From the NCBI RefSeq assembly GCF_009914755.1, contig NC_060925.1: 64,000 bases of DNA; one strand, written 5' to 3'. Source of the stretch: the human T2T-CHM13v2.0 reference genome, Homo sapiens. This document shows, in pieces, positions 1 through 13,439 of the stretch. Below the pieces are notes generated by a model. The model was not told the origin of the DNA and ran no database searches. It saw only the letters and a program-made list of their open reading frames with translations. Made by a program: the position numbers and the translations under genes. Position 1 is the stretch's first letter. Every line of letters starts with the position of its first letter.

Positions 1-79
1 GAAATGTTTTATCTTATATTTAACTTACATGATATTTAATTTACAGGATTTAACTTATAGTATTTGAAATGAGGCGTAC

Positions 80-500
<421 letters not shown>

Positions 501-685
501 TAGCAAAATCCACAATGCCTGCATCACCCCACCTGCTGAGAGAGTGCCACACCCTCGGGTGCAACTAGCCCAGGGCCTGCCACAAAGCAGTTACCCAGAA
601 AGTAATCTGAATGCAGGAGAAAATCTTGGGAGACTAGGAGTCTTGAACCTGGGGCCCCAGGAGAACCTCAGGAAAGGCTTCAGTC

Positions 686-1143
<458 letters not shown>

Positions 1144-1595
1144 CTAGACAACAACAACAACAACAGACTCCGGAGGCTGATTTGTTAAGGCCAAGCAAGG
1201 GAGGAATGAAAGGGCTTCAGAGAGACAGGGACCCCCTGGATTACCCACTTAAGCCCTCAGCCCTGGAGAGACCCTCACCAAGGCTGCCTCCCCTTCTGTT
1301 AGTTGGCACCAAGGGGACCTCCAGGAAGCATCTAGTGAGCCCTTGGGGTGGGGGACATCTCTGCTGCTGCCAAACCCCAGGAGTCTGTAGCCTGCAGCCC
1401 ATGAACCCCAGGGGCTCCCATACGCCTTCGTTCTCTTCTTAGGGATGCCCGAGGTGCCCTGCTGGACCCCAGAGCTTTCCTCACCAGGCAGCCAAGGAAC
1501 GAGCAGGGAAAGGCATGGCTGGGAAGTGGGAGAGGGTCACCAAACACATCCTCGAGGCCCACTGTCCCCAATCTCACCAGCTGAGTTTAGCATTA

Positions 1596-2060
<465 letters not shown>

Positions 2061-2508
2061 AACTGGTAGTGAGGGTCCCTGTGGAAGATTCTAGATAGCA
2101 GAGCAAGATCAGGCCTGTCATACATCGCAGTCACAATTTCTGGGTTTCAAGCATTATTTTTGGTCCCAGGATTGTACGGCTGATGAAAGTGACAGCTCAA
2201 GGAGCAACTGGTGGGTTTCCTGAAGGGAAATCCCCTGAGAGGAGAGCGGGCCTGAGCCTCCAGGGGTGACTCTCAGGTGAGTCAGAGTCCACTCCACCTC
2301 TGCAGTTCTGTGGAATTACCACTGGCGTGCACAGCAGCTCCCAGCCTAGCAGCCTCTGCTGCAGGACAGCAGGCCTCTGCTGTGGCGTTCCCGGTGTGCC
2401 TGTCTCACTGACTTCAGGGGTGGCTGTTTTTCCCTTGCGACCTCAGCTCCTCTCATGTGTCCAAGGAAAGGCATTTTCCATTTGTCCAGTTTCTTCTTGA
2501 AGTGACAA

Positions 2509-3240
<732 letters not shown>

Positions 3241-3241
3241 C

Positions 3242-3405
3242 CCCTTCTGTGTGCCAGGCACCTTGCCAACATGACCCCGGGAGGCTGCAGCACCCGTGTG
3301 CCCATGGGGAACAGCTCGCTGGGCCCTTCTGTGTGCCAGGCACCTTGCCAACATGACCCCGGGAGGCTGCAACACCCGTGTGCCCATGGGGAACGGCTCG
3401 CTGGG
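3242..3405. repeat. Tandem duplication, 2 x 82 nt
   Basis: Units start at 3242 and 3324; two mismatches. Confidence 0.95.
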
Positions 3406-3532
3406 TGCATCCCCTCATGGCTCACGGCTGGAGTGTGCCTGCGTTCTCCACGTGGCACTAGGAACTCAGGGGGCAGGGGCTTCTCTGCTGTCTGTATGCC
3501 ATGGCACTTGCACTCCATAAAGATACTGCATC

Positions 3533-3814
<282 letters not shown>

Positions 3815-4309
3815 GATGTTGCATCAGACCCAGGGACCTCAAACACATGGGCTGGCCAGGTTGTGGAGCCCGCTGATTGGCCACGGACAGATGGGGGGAT
3901 GGTCTCGGCAGGGACTTTGAGATCTGCTTCAGATCTTCCCTGGGGCAGTTTGGAGGGTAGAAGGCAGACTCTGTGGCTCTGTGCAGCCTTGGCTGAGTTA
4001 CTGCAACTGAACCTCGGCTGCCTCACATTTGTACTAGGCACAGTGGGAAGGCGGCGGGAGGTGCGTGCTGCGGCGCCAGAACAGTGTTTGCTGGTGCTTC
4101 TGCCCTCCAACGGCAGAGGGCGGAAAGGGACAGGGACTCTGCACCTCATCACATACCTGGTGTTTTCAGGGCGGCGGGGCTGGGGACGGGACACTTCCTT
4201 GCTGCCGTGAGCGGGGCCCACACGCGTCCCAGCTTGGAGCCAGCGCACGGCCACGGCCACACGCGCTCGGAAAGCGAGGCCGGCGAGAAGGAACACAGAA
4301 GGCCAGCGC

Positions 4310-5064
4310 TAACTGCGCCCCAGTTTCTTTTTATTGATTTCTTTTCTTTTCTTTTTTTAAGTATGGAGGCTCAAGTATAAGATGTAGATTTTTTTCTTAA
4401 GCTTTACAAAAAAACAAAATAAAACAAAAACCTCCTTTTGCATTCCATAGAAATTGACAGAAAAGCACCTGGCCGGAAGAGCGGAACGGTCGGCGGCACC
4501 CCCCCCAGCCCCCACCCCGCGGCCTCCGTGGGACGGGAGAGTCTGCGCAGGACGGCACCGAGGGCCACCTCTGCTCCCAGAGCTGTCCCCTGTCCCCACG
4601 ACCCCCAACCCCAAGCAACTCCCAAACACACACGGAATAAGATTTCCAGTTTTTCTTCTCTCTTTCACACACCACAGTTAGTTCATAAAATTTTTTTGTT
4701 TTACATTTTTTACACCAATGTACCAAAAAGGTGGGAGGGAAGGGAGGCTGGCAGACAGTGGATTTTATGCCTATAAATGGGGGGACAGGGAGGAAGACGG
4801 GGGGCCCGGGTGAACAAAAACCACACGGTCTCTATGGAAATGTGGAGAGAACTGAGAGCGAGGTGTGGCAGAAGCAGGCTCGGAGCCGGAGGAGGGTGGC
4901 TATCGGCTTTATTCTCAGGGAGAGATGGCGCTGTGCGGTCAATGATGCAGCTGTTATGTGACCTGTCGGGGAGGGAAGGGACGAGGGAAGGGAGCAGAAA
5001 ACGAGTTTTCTAAGAAAGGAATCTAACGAGTGCACGGCGTGTCTGGTTAGCATGAAACAGAGGT
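4310..5064 (-). other. CAPZB: CAPZB 3'UTR (cleavage site approximate)
   Basis: Lies between the beta2 stop and AATAAA; U-rich and GC-rich blocks, repeat-free. Confidence 0.85.
4330..4335 (-). terminator. Polyadenylation signal AATAAA of CAPZB
   Basis: tttatt on the plus strand; GU-containing sequence follows on the minus strand (4285-4300). Confidence 0.85.
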
Positions 5065-5385
<321 letters not shown>

Positions 5386-6080
5386 TTACATGGACAGGTG
5401 CTCATCTCTGCCCCTGGCCACCGGTGACCCGGCCATAGTCCCTAGAACCCTAAGTTCACTCCTCTGTGTGTAGGTCCCTATGTCACCCTAAGCCACAAGG
5501 TGGCTTCTGGGCTTCCAAACACAATGGAACAAAGCCCCTCTGCTTCAGAACAGCTACCCTGGGTTGCTGGCTGGGGACTCAGGCCAGGGGCTAAGAGGGG
5601 AGGACTCCGGGGCCATGCGGGTTCCTCTATAAAAGCTTCTCCCTTGCCCAGGCCCTGCCCAGCAGAAGAGCCTCATTCCTCATCCCACAAGTGCAAGGTG
5701 CAGCGTTATCCCACCCTTGGGAGTGGGTAAGAACCAGTGTCTCTGCGTGTCTGAGCACACTGTGTTTATGGCCCACGCAGCAGGTGCTTTCAGGCCTCTG
5801 CTGTGAGGCACCATCCGCTGTTAACTTGGCCCAGAAAACCCCTCAGCCCGGATTGCAAAGGGCGGCACAGGACAGCCAAGTGCCCCTGGGATCCCTGCTG
5901 TCAAATTCTGGATTTGTGGGGAAACGTTCAGGGCGACCGCATTCACGTATGTGTGGGGACGCTCATCAACAAAGCCAGAAACAATGAAGGCTTATGGAGA
6001 TTTCACAGTTTACAAAACGCCTTTCACATATATTATCTCATTTAATTTTCACGGGCATCCTGGGGAAGTCTCAACTATCA

Positions 6081-6233
<153 letters not shown>

Positions 6234-8176
6234 TTAAAAAAGAAAAAAGCTATCAACCCAATTTACAGATGAGGAAACTGAGGCTCAGAGGAATGCCCCC
6301 CTAGCAATTCTTTAATCATTTTGTCAAATTTACCCAACATATTGGTTAGGCAAAGACTTCCTAAATGTAGGTTTTATAACAGTTTAGAAGCAGTGGAAAG
6401 AGTGGGTAGAGGGCTGCTCAAGAAGAGTGCTACGGAGAGTGCACTCAGCCGGACTCTCACGTTTGATTCACACCAGCCATGGGAAGGAAGAATCAGAAAA
6501 ATCAATCCCCAGAAGCAAAAATGGGCAAATGGAAGTGAAGCAGGGCCCAGGAGAAGCAACAGCACCCAGACTGAGTTCTGGCTACCGAATCCCTACAAGT
6601 CACAGGAAGAGCCCTCAAAATACTCAGCAGGTGCCATAAGACAAGACCTGGAAGCAAGCTGCATACAACTGAAAAAACTCCCAGGAGAAACGCAGACATT
6701 TGGTTCATGCTGGGGAAATACACGTTTCTGAGTATCTTCCCAGGACTGTCCCTGGCTCTGCGGCGGCCAAAGGCATCAGCCCCCACGGCCCCCAGGCTCC
6801 AAATCTCAGCCGATTCCCCAGGGGCTTCTTGCCAAGCTCACAGCGGGAGGTCAACATGGCCAGCGGGAGATGCGGCGGGCAAAGCAGCAGCGCACAGGAC
6901 CTCTAGCCTGGGTGGTCACTGGCTCTTCTGGGAAGGAAGAGCCAAGCCCGCCAGGTCTTGGCTGGATCACACGAAGGAGAAAGTTCCAGAGCTAGAATCA
7001 TGTTAGACACAGGAAGTTAGAAGTGAAATGGTGGAAGGCGGAAGGAGCAGGGGGCTTATTTAAGGGACAATGCTTGGGAAGGTCACGGCCAAGCAACCTC
7101 GAATCAGCGCTTGGAGACAGTGCTCGACTCTGTGGGAGGGAGGAGTCATCTTGAGCAGACCTGGCTGCCAGGGTTTCTACGCCAGGACGCCCCCAGTGGG
7201 CGGCCAGGGAACTGCACCATCACGGTGTATCTTAAAAAGAGTTTTTTCTCAATGCCATGATGGAAATGCCTGATGGCCACACTGTGAGGCTGACCCGAGT
7301 CGTGGGCCTTAAGTTGGCACACACAGACCAGACTGGTGCACTTAAGTCCCACGGCCTCGGAAAAGCAGCTCCACCTGGTTTTCTAAGTGCCTGACCCCAC
7401 CTCCACCTTGGAAAGTCTGCTGCACCCCTTCTGGGGTGGGCCTTCAGTGCGCAGCCCCTGGACCTGGGCTCTGCAGCCCCAGTTGGCAGGGTTCCAAATG
7501 CCTTCTTTTTACAAACAAGTTTCCCTCCTACTCTCCAGGGATGCTGCCTCCTTCCCTACATCTGGATCTGTCACAAGCTCAAGTCATGGTTCTTGGCCAT
7601 TACCAACAAGCAAGACTATTTTCCTTTCCATTAGCGAAACCTGTTTAAAGGAACAGCTGCAGCTCGTTAGGGGCGGAAGGTTATGCTGGTTGTGGCCGAG
7701 TCGGCACTGGGCGTCCAGGCAGCTCCAGCAGAGCATCTGGGCCAGCCAGGGTGGAGTCCAGCCCTGACTCTGCCCTCCAACCCCAGAGACTCAGAGATCA
7801 GAGAGTGAGGTCACCCCTTCCAAGCCAGCTAGCCCTGGACAGGCAATGTGCCGCTGAGCAGCGGGGAGGCTTATGTGGCTTCTGGGATCCCTGCACCAGC
7901 ATCAGAGGCTCCTCTGAAGCATGGGGGGGTGGACGGCAGGCAGATCCCTGCCCTGGGGACAGTCAGGCCGGTGCACACAAGTGGCTGCTGCTGGAGAGGC
8001 AGCATCCGTCCCTTGGCCTGGGCTTCTTCAGAAGCAAAAGCCAAAAAATCAGCCGTCTTCCCCACACCCAGCCTCCACCCAGAGTGGAAAGCACACACAC
8101 GTGATAGGTGCCGTGTTACATGGGGCCGAGGCTACACGGGAATGTGGCTGTGCACCGACCGGGAGCACACGTGGGG

Positions 8177-8254
8177 GTTAGTGGTGGTTTAAATGGCCGC
8201 GGAGCAGCAGCCGGACCGGCAGGGTCTCGGCGGGTTGGTGAGTCCTGTTTTAGT
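8177..8254 (-). promoter_or_regulatory. QKI-type ACUAA splicing elements downstream of the beta1 exon
   Basis: ACTAAC at 8177-8182 and ACTAAA at 8249-8254 on the pre-mRNA strand; QKI activation of this exon is reported in mouse myoblasts. Confidence 0.65.
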
Positions 8255-8296
8255 GGGGAGGGTCTCGCGGCTCTCAGGCAGGGTACCTGGATCGGC

Positions 8297-8399
8297 TTAA
8301 TTATCAGGCTGGATGTAGATCTGGCGCTGGGTCAGCACTTGAGAGAGCTCCCTCTGCAACTGCTTAAACTTTTGGTTGTCAGGGATAGCATCAATAGAT
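8297..8399 (-). CDS. CAPZB: CAPZB beta1 (striated muscle) cassette exon, coding part: [33 protein letters not shown]; whole exon 8287-8399 (113 nt)
   Basis: tag|ATCTATTGAT...AATTAAGCCGATCCAG|gtaccc; matches the known beta1 C-terminal tentacle; stop TAA at 8297-8299. Confidence 0.95.
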
Positions 8400-9370
8400 C
8401 TACAGAGAGTGTTCAAGATGAGTGGAGTGGGAGGGAAGAGAACGACGAGAAGCCAGGAACGCAGGGGGCCACAGCTGAGGAGGAAATTCAGGGAGACCCA
8501 CGAGGCGGAAGGGGGGATGCCGTGGCGGCTCTGGGGTGTGGAGTGGTATCGCCGCTGCAGAGGTCCACGCTGGCGGTGGTCGTGGTATTCAGGGGCTCGC
8601 CACCACCACCCGCAGGCTCTTCGGCTTCTCTCCCCCACTTCCCAGCCACTGCCTGGGGACTGTGCAGGTTGGCTGGGCGGGAAAGTGTGTTTGGTGTATC
8701 GGGCAGTGGCTGCCAGTGGCAGGCCTAACGCCAGGGACCACTGGGCTCTAACCCTGTCACAGGTCACGAAGACCAAGCCTCCCCCAGGTGGGCAGGGGAT
8801 CAGAAGACAAGGGTCCAAAGAGGACTCCTCCTCTGTTTTAAAACTGTAAAGCAGGTGACTGAAATCTGTCGCCCACCCCAGTCCACGAGCTGGGGCAGCC
8901 CCGGGACTGCAGCCTGCCTCTCCTCTGGGCTGGGCTGTGAGAGCTACACCACGGCAGTGGGTGAGAGGGCTGGCCGCTAAAGGCATAGCACAGCCCGACT
9001 CACACGGTGCTGCTGGACTGCAGAGCGTGTTCTAGATTCATCATCTCAGCCGACCGTGCCTCCTCGACTGGACAAGGGCCTCTGCGAGGAGTGCCAGAGG
9101 CCATGCAGCTCGGGATGACAGAGCTTAGGGGAGATCCCGGCCTCCTGACTCTCCTGACTCCAAGGCCAGTGCTCCCTCCACAGCCGTTTACTGCCCCCAG
9201 CTGGGCTCTGGCCTCATGTCAGAGGCCTGCCTCCTGCTCTGTCCGCCGTGGACCTGGAGGGTCCAGAGAGCGCCCGGCTTTTGTTTGGGCTGACACTGCA
9301 GAGCTGAGGGCACGAGGTGGGAAGGATGGTGCAGGACACTGGCCACTGGCAGCAGAGCCCTGGCAGAGGA

Positions 9371-9488
9371 CGTCAGAGAGGCTGGGGCCCCCTGAGAACG
9401 CCCAGGCTGAGGGCCCTGCCTGCATGTGGCGTCAGGGAGGCTGGGGGCCTGAGAAGGCCCGGACTGAGGGCCCTGCCTGCACGTTGCG
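9371..9488. repeat. Degenerate tandem duplication, ~2 x 59 nt
   Basis: CGTCAG(A/G)GAGGCTGGGG...CTGAGAA.GCCC.G.CTGAGGGCCCTGCCTGCA.GT.GCG occurs twice. Confidence 0.85.
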
Positions 9489-9891
9489 CTCTGCTGTCTC
9501 GGAGAGCAGGCCAGCCAGAGGCAGCCGGGCTGCCCGGAATGTGGTGTCATGGCTCCCCTAGGCCCAGGCTGGAGGGTGGGGAGATTTTTGAGCGGGGACT
9601 GACAAACTGCAGGGCTGAGGAGGCTCCGGGGGCAAGGGCACCAATGGCTGTTAGGGTGAACATGCCCCAGAAAACAAATGGTGCAGATAGGGACCGACAG
9701 CTGCTACGGAGAGTGCAGATGACACATCAGGACTTTACTTTCCAAAATCAACATAATGATCATCCCAGAAGAGGGGCACTGCAGCCTACCAATGAGGACA
9801 CCGAGGCCCAAGACCACACAGCTAGTAACTGGCAGAGCCAGGGTTCAAATCCCTCTGTCTGCTTCTAAAGCTTGTGCTTTCTGGTACATTA

Positions 9892-10098
<207 letters not shown>

Positions 10099-10688
10099 TC
10101 AGTGAGCGCGCTCCAGGCTGCCAAGACCCCACCTGCCATCTGTGCTCCCGGCACCTTCCCATCCACAGTCCACAGGCAGGGAGGAAGCCAGTACCCAGGG
10201 ATTGGCGGCCAGCTCTGCCCATGCCTGGGAGCTGCTCTAAACCACATCACCACCCCTTGGGCTCCCCACTAATTTTGTGAACAATTCTGTGAAACCCGAG
10301 AGCACCTCCCTGCCTTCCCAAACAACGTGGTGACAGGAGGGCCAAGGCAGCCGCAACTGAAGCCACACCAGGGCCCACTGGCATTCCTGGGATCTGCTTC
10401 CTCTCCCAGCGCAGGGCCCTGTTCACACCCAGGCGATCAGGGGAGACAAGACCTAGTGCGCCCCAGAGCCAGCGCCTGAGCAGTCTTCTGGGAGCCCAGG
10501 TCTGGGGGTGGAGCAGGAGGTGGCCCTGAAGCTGGAGCCTGCTGGCATCCAAATCAGAGGCTCCAAAAATATGAGGCCAGGGCAAAATCCAAGAAGCGCT
10601 CTGCCGGCTGCGGTGGAGCTGAGAGAAAGCAGCAGAGAAGGAGGCCAGCACAGCGGCTCCGGGGCTGCAGTGTCACTGCTGTGGGTCA

Positions 10689-10958
<270 letters not shown>

Positions 10959-11836
10959 TCAGTTTCAGACCATAAAGAGCCCAGAGGGCAGAAGCCCAGA
11001 GTCCCACTTCCAAGGGAGAAGATTTTGCTGCTGCCCATGGTAGAGCAGGCAGATGCCCAGAGCCACAGCAGCAGCCCTTGGCAGGCACCAGCTCACCCGA
11101 GCCAACTGGAGAAGACTCACTCGGTTTGTCTTCAGGCCTCTACTGGCAGGCCCAGGCCCACGCTGGGCCATCCACCCCAGGTTCAGGGCCTGACACTGCA
11201 GGGGAAGCTTCTGTGCTGCTGCTGCGCCCTGGCGCTCCCAAATGGTGGCTTTGGGGTGCCATCTGCTGCAGTCTCGCAGGGAGGGACAGACAACCTCTGA
11301 CGGAGACTTCAGGCCAGAGGGATTCAGTGGCTCACCCTAGTCATGCAGGTGGCAATGGCAGAGCCTGGGTCAAACCCTTCCTCGCACCAGGGCCTGTTCG
11401 TTCTACTCTGCGAGGAGAGTTTGAGCAAGAGAGTCTCAATATAGACTCTGAGGTTATGAGGGGGGCAGCAGCACTCAAGCCCCATCTCCTCTTCCCAAGC
11501 CCAGGAAGAGCTGGCTCTGACCCAATCATCTCAACTCGGAGGAGGGAGGAAATGGAGGCAGGTTAGGGTAGAAGGAATTCGGCACTTTCCCCCGAATTTT
11601 TTCTTATCTGAAGCCTTATTTCCCTGACAAGAATATAAATTCTTTCAGGAGAGATGTGCCTGCCTCATAACGCACAGGGTACCTGGAAGAGTGCTAGGAA
11701 CATAAATGCTCAACGTTACTACACTGAAAACAGGAATACGCAGCTACGATGACTAATGTTGTTGAAATAAAATGTGGAAGCTGAAATAAATAATCAAGAA
11801 AGAGGAAGAAAAGAACAGCATCAGAAAGGGTAGAGT

Positions 11837-12012
11837 AGAAACCATGCAAGAAGTGGCCATCAAATTATAATACAAAAATGCAGTACTCTAAGGCTAAGCA
11901 TTTATTGTTGAGATTCTAAATCTGCTTAGACATTATTTATAATTTTTGAAGCTTTATTAAAATAAAATAAAATTTGTGAGAGAAGCTAAAAAAAAAAAAA
12001 AAAAAAAAAAAA
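11837..12012 (+). pseudogene. Short polyadenylated retro-insertion (5'-truncated retrocopy or orphan transduction)
   Basis: Flanked by direct repeat AGAAAGGGTAGAGT (11823-11836 and 12013-12026); AATAAA at 11961 and 11966; pure A tract 11988-12012. Confidence 0.75.
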
Positions 12013-12352
12013 AGAAAGGGTAGAGTTCAAAATGAGACCAGGCCCACAGAAGAAAAACCAGCAAAAGGTGGGTTCCTCTCTTTGGAACCAGGAGAACAGG
12101 GTGGAGTCTGGGGGGAGATACTGTCTCAGAGGGTACGGGCTCTGTTGCTTCTCACCTATTTCTACATCTCCTCATCAGGGAGACTGACTTTCAGGCTGTG
12201 AAAGGTGGAACCAACCTGGTTAAGAGCGGGGTGAGCAGAGGGCAGGAGAGAACCAAGCCACTTTAAACGACCAGGCTTCCAGGGTCGGGCAAAACCGACC
12301 TGTGATTGAAATCCTTGACACTGGGGGCGGCAGCACTGACCCGACTTTTGTC

Positions 12353-12674
<322 letters not shown>

Positions 12675-13027
12675 GACCCAACTTTTGTCAAAAAAGGAAG
12701 AATGGCCTCTGCAAGGAAACGCTAGCTCGAAACTGATCCAGACAACAATTTTTGATGGGATCGTTAAAATCATCTGCTGGCACATTTTAAACTCAGAGAT
12801 CATGAGGAGCCAGCCAGGCTCACTGTGAACAAGCCCTGCACGAGAGCACTTCTTTTCCTGTTTTGGTGGGGATGCTGGGCTGGAAGAAAACACAACTACT
12901 TAAATAGGGTCGCATCCTTCTGGCAAGTTCCCATCTACCATCCTGCACCTGTGGCTGAGAGGAAGGGCAGGATGGAGCCTCTGCCGATAGGGGTAGGGAC
13001 CTGGCCACATTTCCACAGCCCCCCACC

Positions 13028-13107
13028 CACTCCCCTCCACACCTGGTCAGGGTCAGCTCGCTGGCAACACCGACCCACCAAAAATAGAACCATTTGTGCA
13101 CTGCATA
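13028..13107. repeat. Dispersed direct repeat, copy 1 (80 nt)
   Basis: 75/80 identical to 15401-15480. Confidence 0.95.
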
Positions 13108-13439
13108 CACTATGTGGCACCCTGTAGCAGTCTCTGCCTGCCCTTGGTCAACTTGTTTGTCCAGGACTTAAGTAAAGGCCCAGCTGAGAGAACGACCAGC
13201 TTCCTATCGACAGTGTCAAGGGTTGAGATGGTCACAGGGTTAATACGGAACCCGGAAACCTGGGCTAGCTACAGAACGAGAGCAGCAACTTGGAATGGAG
13301 CCAGGCGGCAGCCACCTTTTTCCATCTCAGCTTCCTAGGAACCCTGTTTTAAACCCAAGGAAACCGAAGCTTAAAGAAGCAAGAATCATACAGCACTGTT
13401 AGATTCCGACGCCTTTGCTCCTCCTACTTCACCACGCCA

